Shown in pieces: positions 9,576 through 18,407 of a DNA stretch of 62,342 bases; position 1 is the first letter of the stretch, and each line of letters starts with the position of its first letter. Under the pieces are notes generated by a model. That model ran no database searches and was not told the origin of the DNA. It worked only from the letters and a program-made list of their open reading frames with translations. The stretch spans positions 1 to 62,342 of the forward strand of contig CAYOTC010000004.1 in NCBI GenBank assembly GCA_964406815.1, in the 5' to 3' direction. This DNA comes from an uncultured Bdellovibrionales bacterium (lineage in GTDB: Bacteria; Patescibacteriota; Minisyncoccia; Moranbacterales; UBA2206). Both the position numbers and the translations under genes were made by a program.

Positions 9576-10510
9576 ATGAAAAATAAAAAAGGAAATATAA
9601 AAATCATTTCCATTATTATCCTGTTGGTGGCGATCTCGGCGGGTGTTTTAGGATATATGTTTTCAAAAATTAATCAATCGCCAAATATTAATAAACAATC
9701 AATAGCAGTTTCGGATGTAAAGTCAAATAAAAGTGCGTGTGCTCAAGATGCAAAACTTTGCCCAGATGGATCGTATGTTTCAAGAGTAGGATCTAATTTG
9801 AGTTTGCTGAATGTCCAATCGCAAAAAATGAACTTTCTTTAATTAATTTAATTTCTGAGATAGATAATAAATTTTTAAAGCAACTCAATGAGAGCGTTGA
9901 ATACGATAGAGTTAGCGTTAAATGGATCAGGGAAGATGGGAAGGTTATTTGCCTCAATCATGCTTCCAATGGATTATCTTTTGGTGAAAATGTTGGAATT
10001 ACCAAAGCTGTAAGAAATAAAATTGATAATGATATTTCTGCTTATTTAAAATCTCTAGGTTTTGTAGAAAATGAAAAAAACACAAAAAGGGGTCAAAATG
10101 AAGCTGGCACGATAGGTTTTGAAAAAAATGATTTAAAATGCAAAATGTCTAGTTATGCTTCAGACGAAAATAGTTTTAATTATCAAATAAATTGTGCTAA
10201 GTATACCGAGGAAGATCAAGGTATTTTTGATGAATTTTTTCCGTTGATGCATAAAAAAGAATATCCTAATGGTTTCTTTTGTTTAAGCAAAATTGAAGAT
10301 AAATATGCCATCGGCAGTTCCTCTGGTTTAGATGAAAATGACGGATTAGCTTATGGCGGTGCAAATGTTTTTGCGCTTAAAGAAAATGGAAAATGGGAGA
10401 TTGTTCTAAGTCAAGACATTCTTAATTGCTCTTTTGCAAAGCGTCTTCCGAAATCTCTCGGAATTGATAAGTGTTGGGATGAAACTAAACAAAAGGAAAA
10501 TAGTTTATAA
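9576..10510 (+). pseudogene. frameshifted paralog of the preceding Cys-module secreted protein
   Basis: The frame starting at 9576 encodes a TM helix plus CAQDAKLCPDGSYVSRVGSN and then runs out of frame. The frame starting at 9797 reads EFAECP... and continues with no stop into the 10145..10510 ORF. One missing base in aatt(g)tgag around 9797-9800 would restore NCEFAEC. Confidence 0.6.
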
Positions 10511-10525
10511 ACAATAAATAAAAGT

Positions 10526-11386
10526 ATGAATCAGAAAATAAATACCTGGTTGGGAACAATAATTATTATCATTCTGGCAGGAACTATTGGAGCTTTTGTT
10601 TATATCTCATATCTCAATAATCCTATTCCGGAAGTCTCCAAGATAATGATGATCAGAAAAGCCGAAACGCAAAACTCTCAGATGGCCAATCCAGCGTCGG
10701 TTTATTGCGAGAAAAATGGCGGAAAGTTGGAAATCAGAACGGCGGAAAATGAAGGACAAGTTGGATATTGTAAGTTTTCCGACGGCACGGAATGTGAGGA
10801 GTGGGAATTTATGAAAGGGGAATGCAAAAATGATTCTTCAGTTGTTGATATTTCCAATTGGAAAACTTATCGGAATGAAAAACTTGGTTTTGAAATTAAA
10901 TATCCGGAATTTAGTTATGGTAATGATGATTATAGTAAAATAAAAATTATTGAACATGAAAATATTGTTTGGTTCGTGCTATCTGATGATAAAGAATATT
11001 CAGATAAACTTAAGAAAATAAGGAGTAATTCGACTGATTTTGAAAAAATTTCCGGAACAACGTGGGCAATAGTGATAAAATCTGTAAAAAACGAAAAAGA
11101 GCTAGATCGAATTGTTGGAAGCATATATCTAAATTGTAAAATGGGTGAAAAAACTGAGTCATCTATTAAAGGGATTTATGATATTAAGTTCAGTGAATAT
11201 AATATGGGAGGAGATCCGGAAATAATTGATGATGGTAGATGTCATTTGTTTTGGGATTATAGGATAAAATATAGTCCAGATTTAAAAAAGTTAGCTTTTT
11301 GGGACATGGGACAGAGTTATACTTTTTCTGAAAAAGGAAATGTCTTGGATGAAAGAATGATTGAAAGTTTTAATTTTATTAATTAA
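10526..11386 (+). CDS. membrane-anchored secreted protein with a DUF333-like Cys module
   Basis: 286 aa. TM anchor, then NPASVYCEKNGGKLEIRT...GYCKFSDGTECEEWEFMKGEC, which matches my recollection of the DUF333 pattern. Followed by LGFEIKYPE. Confidence 0.6.
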   Translation: MNQKINTWLGTIIIIILAGTIGAFVYISYLNNPIPEVSKIMMIRKAETQNSQMANPASVYCEKNGGKLEIRTAENEGQVGYCKFSDGTECEEWEFMKGECKNDSSVVDISNWKTYRNEKLGFEIKYPEFSYGNDDYSKIKIIEHENIVWFVLSDDKEYSDKLKKIRSNSTDFEKISGTTWAIVIKSVKNEKELDRIVGSIYLNCKMGEKTESSIKGIYDIKFSEYNMGGDPEIIDDGRCHLFWDYRIKYSPDLKKLAFWDMGQSYTFSEKGNVLDERMIESFNFIN

Positions 11387-11414
11387 AATTAGCAAATTAA
11401 AATAGTTGAATATC

Positions 11415-11446
11415 AAAAAACAGGCTTTAAAATAGCCTGTTTTTTG
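11415..11446 (+). terminator. rho-independent terminator
   Basis: aaaaaacaggct / agcctgtttttt hairpin with a T-run. Confidence 0.7.
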
Positions 11447-11588
11447 ATTTTAATTTTTATAGACAAAACCTCCTCTCGGGTGTAAGATAGAAAAGCAAAT
11501 AAAATGTCAATTTAAAGCTAAAAAATGCAATTCAACCGTCCTATTTGAGGCAGGCAGGTTGCATTGGTTTTTGGTTTATAAAATACTT

Positions 11589-14219
11589 ATGTCTATTTTC
11601 AAGAAACTTTTCGGATCAAACGAACGGGAAATTAAAAAACTCCAGCCGATCGTGGATAAAATAAATTCATTGGAGGCAGAATTTTCCAAGCTTACAGATG
11701 ATAGTCTTAGGGGGAAAACGGAAGAATTCCGAGAAAGGATAAAAAAGGGCGAAAGTCTGGATGATATTTTGCCGGAAGCTTTTGCGGTTGTCAGGGAGGC
11801 AGCAAAAAGAGTGGATGGAAAAAGGCTCTACGATGTCCAACTACTTGGCGGTATTACGCTTCATCAGGGAAAGATTGCGGAAATGAAAACCGGAGAAGGA
11901 AAAACCCATACTTCCGTCTCGGCGGTTTATCTGAATGCTCTTTCTGGAAAAGGGGTGCATATTGTTACAGTGAATGATTATTTGGCGAAACGTGACTGCA
12001 ATTGGATGGGATCAATTTATCATTTTATGGGAATTTCCACGGCTTGCATTATTCATGATACATCGTATATATATGAGCCGAAAATTCATGATGAAAATGA
12101 AGTTAGTGTTGAAATGGAAAATCTCAAAACAGTTTCACGGCGTGAAGCTTACGCGGCTGATATTACTTATGGAACGAACAATGAGTTCGGTTTTGATTAT
12201 TTGCGTGATAATATGGTTCAGAGTTTGGAGCAGAAAGTTCAAAGAAAACTTAATTTTGTGGTGGTGGATGAAGTGGACTCGATTCTTATCGATGAAGCCA
12301 GAACCCCGCTGATTATCAGCGCAGCGGACAGCGAATCAACCAAGATGTATCAGCAATTCGCTTCTTTGGTTCCGCGGCTCAAAAAAATCGAAGATTATGA
12401 AGTGGATGAAAAAATGAAAGCGGTAACCATTACTGAAAGCGGAATAAACAAGATTGAAAATTGGCTGGGAATAAAAAATATTTATGAAGCCGGAAAAATA
12501 AGTTATGTGCATCATTTGGAACAAGCTTTGAAAGCCCAGGCGATTTTTCAGTGTGACCGCGATTATGTGGTGAAGGACGGGGAGGTTATTATTGTCGACG
12601 ATTTTACCGGACGACTAATGGAGGGGCGTCGTTATAGTGAAGGCCTGCATCAGGCGATTGAGGCGAAAGAAGGAGTGCGGGTGCAAAAAGAATCTCGGAC
12701 GTTGGCCACTATCACTTTTCAGAATTATTTTCGGATGTATGAAAAATTATCCGGAATGACCGGAACGGCCTTAACTTCCGCGGAGGAATTTTTCAAGGTT
12801 TATAAGATTGATGTTGTTGAAATTCCGACGAATAAAAAAATGATCAGAAAGGATTTGCCGGATGTAGTTTATAAATCGGAAAAAGGAAAATTTAACGCTA
12901 TTGTTGAAAAGATTCGTGAAGTCAATAGGACTGGTCAACCGATTTTGGTCGGAACGATTGCCATTGAAAAATCGGAATATTTAAGCGCCCTTCTTACGCG
13001 TTTCGGAGTTTCCCATTCAGTTCTTAATGCCAAACAACATGAAAAAGAGGCACAAATAGTGAAAGATGCGGGAAATGTCGGATCAGTTACGATTGCGACC
13101 AATATGGCTGGAAGAGGAACGGATATTAAACTCGGAGAAGGCGTAAAGGAATTAGGAGGACTTTTCATAATCGGAACAGAAAGGCATGAGGCGCGGCGGA
13201 TCGATAATCAGCTCCGTGGACGTTCCGGACGCCAAGGCGATCCGGGAGTTTCGCAATTTTTCATTTCTTTGGAAGACGAATTGATGCGTCGGTTCGGCGG
13301 AGATCGGTTGATAAAAATAATGAACACTTTGGGATTGCCGGAAGATCAGCCGATTCAAAACGCTTTGATTTCCAAAACAATCGAGAATGCCCAATCAAAG
13401 ATTGAAGGATATAACTTTGATATTAGAAAGCATGTTTTGGATTATGATGACGTGATGAACAAGCAGCGCGAGATAATCTATAAAAAGCGCAATACCGTTC
13501 TTGAAAGCGATGATATGAAACCGAAAATACTGGAAGATATCAAGGAAGAAATTGAAAAGATAATTTCCTCCAAATTGTTTAATGCGGATGGAAAGATGAA
13601 TCCGGAGGATGTTTTTGAGAATTTGAAAAATTTGATTCCGGTTAGTGAGAAAGAATCGAAAAAAATAATTGAAATTGCCGAGAGTAAGAATAAGAATGAT
13701 GCTGAAATAATCAGCGCTCTTACTGAATATGTTATGGGGGTGGCGAAAGAACTTTATAACAAAAAGGAAATGGAAATCGGCAAAGAAACGATGAGGGCGA
13801 TTGAAAAAGCCATTATTCTTCAGACAATCGATACGATGTGGATGCAACATTTGGACGAAATCGATTATCTTCGGGAAGGCATCGGACTTCGCGGTTATGG
13901 ACAAAGAGATCCTTTGATTGAATATAAGCGGGAAGCTTTTGATATGTTTTCCTATCTTGTTCAAAATATAAACTCAACCATAATCCACACAATTTTCAAA
14001 ATATCCATTGCGCCGGTTGAAGAAGGAATGAAAAAAGAAAGATTGAATTATAGCGGGGGCGGAGAAGTGGAACAATTTGGAGCAGTGAAACAAGAATCAG
14101 GAAGCAGTGAGAAAGGAACAGAAGAACAAAAACCAATCATTAATAAAGACAAGGTTGGACGCAATGATCTATGTCCATGCGGTAGCGGGAAAAAATATAA
14201 GAAATGCCATGGGAAATAA
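11589..14219 (+). CDS. secA: preprotein translocase ATPase SecA
   Basis: SecA N-terminus MSIFKKLFGSNEREIKK, Walker A MKTGEGKT, DEVDSILIDEARTPLIIS, and a C-terminal zinc finger CPCGSGKKYKKCHGK. The ATG at 11589 is preferred over the TTG at 11559 given in the ORF track. Confidence 0.92.
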   Translation: MSIFKKLFGSNEREIKKLQPIVDKINSLEAEFSKLTDDSLRGKTEEFRERIKKGESLDDILPEAFAVVREAAKRVDGKRLYDVQLLGGITLHQGKIAEMKTGEGKTHTSVSAVYLNALSGKGVHIVTVNDYLAKRDCNWMGSIYHFMGISTACIIHDTSYIYEPKIHDENEVSVEMENLKTVSRREAYAADITYGTNNEFGFDYLRDNMVQSLEQKVQRKLNFVVVDEVDSILIDEARTPLIISAADSESTKMYQQFASLVPRLKKIEDYEVDEKMKAVTITESGINKIENWLGIKNIYEAGKISYVHHLEQALKAQAIFQCDRDYVVKDGEVIIVDDFTGRLMEGRRYSEGLHQAIEAKEGVRVQKESRTLATITFQNYFRMYEKLSGMTGTALTSAEEFFKVYKIDVVEIPTNKKMIRKDLPDVVYKSEKGKFNAIVEKIREVNRTGQPILVGTIAIEKSEYLSALLTRFGVSHSVLNAKQHEKEAQIVKDAGNVGSVTIATNMAGRGTDIKLGEGVKELGGLFIIGTERHEARRIDNQLRGRSGRQGDPGVSQFFISLEDELMRRFGGDRLIKIMNTLGLPEDQPIQNALISKTIENAQSKIEGYNFDIRKHVLDYDDVMNKQREIIYKKRNTVLESDDMKPKILEDIKEEIEKIISSKLFNADGKMNPEDVFENLKNLIPVSEKESKKIIEIAESKNKNDAEIISALTEYVMGVAKELYNKKEMEIGKETMRAIEKAIILQTIDTMWMQHLDEIDYLREGIGLRGYGQRDPLIEYKREAFDMFSYLVQNINSTIIHTIFKISIAPVEEGMKKERLNYSGGGEVEQFGAVKQESGSSEKGTEEQKPIINKDKVGRNDLCPCGSGKKYKKCHGK

Positions 14220-14222
14220 GTT

Positions 14223-14745
14223 ATGAAGATACTGGTTGGTTCTAAAAATAACGTAAAAGTTGATGCAGTCAGGGAAATGATAGCGGATTATCCTCATTTG
14301 AAAGACGCAGAAATTTTAGGCGTTGAAACAGTGTCAGGAGTTTCCAATCAGCCGAAATCTTTGGAAGAGACGGTAAAAGGCGCAATAAATCGGGCAAAAA
14401 GTGTTTTTACGGATTGCGATTATAGCTTTGGAATCGAATCCGGTCTTATGGCTGTTCCTAAAACCAAACAGGTTATATGGATGTTTGTGTCTTCGCAATC
14501 TATGATGGCAAGGAATGCCATTTGGGACTTTCTTTCGCCTGGGAAGCGTCGCGCGAAGTGACTAAATATATATAATGGAAGACGGACTGGATATGAATGA
14601 CGCCGCTTTGAAAGCGGGACTGACTGAAAATGCCAATGTGGGAGCAGCGGAAGGATTGGTCGGAATTGTGACCAAAGGTCGTCTTAATCGTAAAGAATAT
14701 ACCAAAGAGGCGATAAGGACAGCGCTTATTCATCTGGAAAAATAA
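14223..14745 (+). pseudogene. inosine/xanthosine triphosphatase (YjjX/DUF84-like) disrupted by two frameshifts
   Basis: Three consecutive frames together give a full-length YjjX-like protein. Frame 1: MKILVGSKNNVKVDAV...FGIESGLMAVPKTK. Frame 2: TGYMDVCVFAIYDGKECHLGLSFAWEASREVTKYI. Frame 3: MEDGLDMNDAALKAGLTENANVGAAEGLVGIVTKGRLNRKEYTKEAIRTALIHLEK. The shifts fall at about 14459-14470 and within the atatata run at 14566-14572. Confidence 0.6.
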
Positions 14746-14747
14746 TT

Positions 14748-15074
14748 ATGAAAACGATGAAATTTCGGAAAAATTTGGCGGAAGAGATTTTGGCTGGTAG
14801 GAAAAATTCGACTTGGCGGTTGTTTGATGATAAGGATTTTAGGGTTGGGGACGAAGTTGATTTAATCATTTGGGAATCAAAAGAAAAATTTGCTAAAGTG
14901 GAGATTGTTGAGGTGAAGATTAAAAAACTAGGTGAAATTGAAAAAAAAGATTTTGACGGACATAAGAAGTATGAAAGTCAAAAAGAGATACTGGAAGAAT
15001 TAAGGAAATATTATGGAGAAAAAGTAAATCTGGACACGGAAGTAAAAATCATAAGATTTAAGCTTTTAAAATAA
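14748..15074 (+). CDS. ASCH (PUA-like) domain protein
   Basis: 108 aa. FRKNLAEEILAGRKNSTWRL...VGDEV fits the ASCH N-terminal pattern. Confidence 0.65.
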   Translation: MKTMKFRKNLAEEILAGRKNSTWRLFDDKDFRVGDEVDLIIWESKEKFAKVEIVEVKIKKLGEIEKKDFDGHKKYESQKEILEELRKYYGEKVNLDTEVKIIRFKLLK

Positions 15075-15076
15075 AT

Positions 15077-15104
15077 TTGCTAAATTAAAATTTTTCTGTA
15101 AAAT
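15077..15104 (+). promoter_or_regulatory. candidate promoter TTGCTA-16 nt-TAAAAT, 7 nt before the secD ATG
   Basis: Hexamers at 15077-15082 and 15099-15104. The ATG is at 15112, and no Shine-Dalgarno sequence lies between. Confidence 0.35.
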
Positions 15105-15111
15105 AAAAAAT

Positions 15112-16821
15112 ATGAATATCAGACAAAAAATGAAGAATAAGTTTATCGCAGTCGTAATCTTCGCAGTTTTGGTGGGACTGTTTTCTTATCCTCAGATCCT
15201 AGCGAAAATTCCGAAACTGCATGATTTTTTCAATAAGTATAAAATCAACCTCGGATTGGATTTGCAGGGCGGAATTCATTTGGAGTACAAAACGGATTTA
15301 AGCCAAGTGGCGGATAATCAAAAAAGCGAGGCGCTGGAAGCGGTGCAAGATGTGATTGAAAGGAGAGTGAACGCTTTCGGAGTGGCTGAGCCGGTAATTT
15401 ATACTACTAAATCCGGCGCAGAAAATCGTCTTATTGTGGAGTTGGCTGGAGTGAAAGATATTGATGAGGCAAAGAAATTAATTAAAGACACGCCGTTTCT
15501 TGAGTTTAAGGAGGAAAAGTTGAAAGAAGTGAAGCCGGAAAATGAGATATCGCAGGAAATGCTTGATAGCATAAATGCATCGAACAAGAAACAAGCCGAA
15601 GAAATTCTGGCTGAAGCGAAAAAGGGAGGAGATTTTTCCGCTTTGGCTAAAGAAAAAAGTTCCGATCCGGATGCTAAAGAAAACGGCGGTGATATCGGTT
15701 TTGCCAAAAAAGAAATGTTTGCCATTGCGGAATTTAAAAAAGCTTTGTTTGAAAGCGAATTAAGAGTCGGAGAGGTTTATTCGGAAATCATTGATACTCC
15801 GGCTGGTTGGTATATTGTGAAAAAACTTGAAGAAAGAGGAGATGGTGATGAAAAAGAAGTTCGCTCGGCACAGATATTGATTTCAAAAGTTGAAAAACCA
15901 AAACCGGAGATGGAATTTGTTTCCACCGGACTTTCCGGAAAGAATCTTGAAAGCGCGACAGTTGAGTTTAGGAACCAAGGACTTTCCGAGCCTCAAGTTT
16001 CTTTGAAATTTGACAGTGAAGGAGCGAGGCTTTTTGCGGAAATAACCAAGAGGAATATCGGAAAAAGAGTGGCTATTTATCTTGATGAAGAGCCGATAAG
16101 CATTCCCACAGTGCAGACGGAAATAGCCGACGGTCAAGCAGTCATTACTGGAAATTTTTCGATTGAAGAAGCAAAGGCTTTGGTAAAACGGCTGAATGAA
16201 GGCGCTCTCCCGGTCCCAATTTCCTTGATTTCCCAACAAAGCATCGAGGCGTCGCTAGGAGCGGAGTTTCTAGCGAAAAGTCTCAAAGCTGGAATGATTG
16301 GATTTATCTTGGTCGTTATCTTTATGCTTACCTATTATCGTTTCTTGGGGCTCATCGCATCAGTTTCCCTCCTTATTTATACCGGATTTATGATTGTTAT
16401 ATTTAAATTTTCCGGTTATACTCCTTGGCAAATAACGCTTACTCTTCCTGGAATTGCCGGATTTATTCTTTCAATCGGAATGGCGGTAGATGCTAATATT
16501 CTTATTTTTGAACGGACTAAGGAAGAAATAAAAAACGGTCGCAATGTTACTGGGGCGATTGAAGAGGGTTTTAAGCGCGCTTGGACTTCTATTCGTGACG
16601 GTAATATTTCATCAATCATAACATCGATTATTCTTATTGGACTTGGAATGGGATTTGTGAAAGGATTTGCTGTGACTCTTATTATCGGAGTGGTAGTTTC
16701 GATGTTTACCGCTATCACGATTACTCGCACAATACTTTCATTTCTGATCGGTCCTTGGATGGAGAATAGGCTTTGGTTGATCGGAGCCAGAAGGAAAACG
16801 GAAGAAACAAAAACGGAATAA
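15112..16821 (+). CDS. secD: protein translocase subunit SecD with an embedded parvulin-like module
   Basis: 569 aa. SecD motifs: LGLDLQGGIHL, RVNAFGVAEP, the C-terminal six-TM block, and AVDANILIFER. Residues of about 159-262 resemble a PpiC-type rotamase (GGDFSALAKEKSSDP..ENGGDIGF...GWYIVKK). Confidence 0.88.
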   Translation: MNIRQKMKNKFIAVVIFAVLVGLFSYPQILAKIPKLHDFFNKYKINLGLDLQGGIHLEYKTDLSQVADNQKSEALEAVQDVIERRVNAFGVAEPVIYTTKSGAENRLIVELAGVKDIDEAKKLIKDTPFLEFKEEKLKEVKPENEISQEMLDSINASNKKQAEEILAEAKKGGDFSALAKEKSSDPDAKENGGDIGFAKKEMFAIAEFKKALFESELRVGEVYSEIIDTPAGWYIVKKLEERGDGDEKEVRSAQILISKVEKPKPEMEFVSTGLSGKNLESATVEFRNQGLSEPQVSLKFDSEGARLFAEITKRNIGKRVAIYLDEEPISIPTVQTEIADGQAVITGNFSIEEAKALVKRLNEGALPVPISLISQQSIEASLGAEFLAKSLKAGMIGFILVVIFMLTYYRFLGLIASVSLLIYTGFMIVIFKFSGYTPWQITLTLPGIAGFILSIGMAVDANILIFERTKEEIKNGRNVTGAIEEGFKRAWTSIRDGNISSIITSIILIGLGMGFVKGFAVTLIIGVVVSMFTAITITRTILSFLIGPWMENRLWLIGARRKTEETKTE

Positions 16822-16863
16822 ATTGTGCAGATATAATTTAAAATTAACAAGGAAATTACAAGT

Positions 16864-17772
16864 ATGTTTAATATAATCTCTAAAACAAAATACGCCTATA
16901 TTTTTTCAGGAACCCTTATTATTATCAGTATTGCAGCTATTTTTTCCTGGGGGCTGAAGTTGGGCATAGATTTTAAAGGTGGAACTTTGATGGAATATGA
17001 ATTTAAAGGACAAGTTCCTTCTGCCAATGAAATGGGCGAATCTTTAAAAGATCTTGATCTCAAAAGTCTCATTTTGCAACCGACCGAAAAAGGCTCATTC
17101 CTTATCAGATATTCCGTAGAAGAGGACACTATCAATGAAGAAGTCCAAAAGAAAATTGCGGAAAAATATCCCGATTCGGTTCAAAAAAGGGTTGATTATA
17201 TTAATTCATCTGTTTCCAAAGATCTAAGAAAAAATTCTTTGTGGGCGCTTTTTTGGGCGGTAGTTGGAATTATGGCCTATATCGCTTGGGCTTTCCGAAA
17301 GGTTTCACGTCCGGTTGAATCTTGGAAATATGGAATTGGGGCAGTTATTGCTTTGGTTCATGATATTTTGATAACTATCGGGGTGTTCTCTTTTTTGGGA
17401 CATTTCTTGGATATGGAAGTTGGGATTTCTTTTGTAGCGGCACTCCTTACCATTCTTGGATTTTCGGTGCATGATACGATTGTGGTTTATGACAGGACCA
17501 GGGAGAATCTTCTGCGAAGTTCTTCCAGGGAGCAGTTTCCGGATATCGTTAATCGAAGTCTTAATGAGACATTGGTCCGTTCGATAAATACTTCTTTGAC
17601 TGTCATAGTAACGCTTTTGGCTATATATTTTTTTGGTGGATCATCGATCAAAGATTTTTCACTGGCACTTTTAATCGGAATAACTTTCGGGACATATTCT
17701 TCGATATTTATCGCTTCAGCACTTATTGTTACAAGCTATAAATTACAAATGAAATCAAAAAATACTAAATAA
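16864..17772 (+). CDS. secF: protein translocase subunit SecF
   Basis: 302 aa. LGIDFKGGT, six TM segments, SVHDTIVVYDRTRE. Confidence 0.88.
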   Translation: MFNIISKTKYAYIFSGTLIIISIAAIFSWGLKLGIDFKGGTLMEYEFKGQVPSANEMGESLKDLDLKSLILQPTEKGSFLIRYSVEEDTINEEVQKKIAEKYPDSVQKRVDYINSSVSKDLRKNSLWALFWAVVGIMAYIAWAFRKVSRPVESWKYGIGAVIALVHDILITIGVFSFLGHFLDMEVGISFVAALLTILGFSVHDTIVVYDRTRENLLRSSSREQFPDIVNRSLNETLVRSINTSLTVIVTLLAIYFFGGSSIKDFSLALLIGITFGTYSSIFIASALIVTSYKLQMKSKNTK

Positions 17773-17804
17773 TTTTTAAAAAATAATTTGATACCTTAAA
17801 TATT

Positions 17805-18089
17805 ATGTGGAATCCATTCAAAAAAAATTCAAATAACAATGATCAGGATAATATTCCGGGAAAAGACGATTTGAAAGATGCGATGCCGAAGATGAATATG
17901 TTCCAGCGGATGGCAATGAAAAAATTGGAAAAAATGAGTCCTCAAGAGCAACAAAAAATGATGCAAGAAGCTTTTAAGCCGGAAAATCGGGGGAAAATAA
18001 TGGCAGCGATGGAAATGATGAAAAAAACCGGACAAATTACCGATGAGCAAATAGAAATGGCTAAACAAAGATTGGGTGTTAAGGATTAG
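17805..18089 (+). CDS. small Met/Lys/Gln-rich hypothetical protein
   Basis: 94-aa ORF in the gap after secF with no TM segment. Coding status rests on ORF length and position only. Confidence 0.4.
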   Translation: MWNPFKKNSNNNDQDNIPGKDDLKDAMPKMNMFQRMAMKKLEKMSPQEQQKMMQEAFKPENRGKIMAAMEMMKKTGQITDEQIEMAKQRLGVKD

Positions 18090-18131
18090 TTTTTTATATG
18101 TATCAACAGTTCTTTTTAAAAGGGAGGACGT

Positions 18132-18329
18132 ATGTCAGCAGAAAAAGTAGCAGGAATAATAAAAGAAAGATCTGAAATTTTACCTTGTTGTGTCGGCTGT
18201 TTATCATTATCACTAATGGGTAGTCATGATTGTTTTAAGGATTGTCCAAAGATTATGGAAATTGCTTATCAAAGAGAGCTAAGCCAAACTGCTGGTAAAA
18301 AATCCGCTTTAGGGAGAGCGGCGTCGTGA
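18132..18329 (+). CDS. small Cys-rich hypothetical protein
   Basis: 65 aa. Strong Shine-Dalgarno (agggagg 6 nt upstream of the ATG), six Cys (CCVGC...DCFKDC), and its own terminator. Confidence 0.5.
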   Translation: MSAEKVAGIIKERSEILPCCVGCLSLSLMGSHDCFKDCPKIMEIAYQRELSQTAGKKSALGRAAS

Positions 18330-18340
18330 AAGTCGATATC

Positions 18341-18375
18341 AACGGGAACCCAATAAAAGTTAGGTTCCCGTTTTG
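18341..18375 (+). terminator. rho-independent terminator
   Basis: 10-bp perfect stem aacgggaacc / ggttcccgtt followed by TTT. Confidence 0.75.
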
Positions 18376-18401
18376 ACTTTTTATGGCTTTAAATATAGAA
18401 T
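18373..18401 (+). promoter_or_regulatory. promoter TTGACT-17 nt-TAGAAT, ending 6 nt before the pheS ATG
   Basis: Hexamers at 18373-18378 and 18396-18401. The ATG is at 18408 and there is no room for a Shine-Dalgarno sequence. Confidence 0.5.
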
Positions 18402-18407
18402 AAAGCT

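Noticed and set aside
11559-11588. The TTG start for secA given in the ORF track.
   Set aside because: The extra residues MHWFLVYKIL are not SecA-like. The ATG at 11589 gives the canonical N-terminus MSIFKKLFGSNEREIKK.
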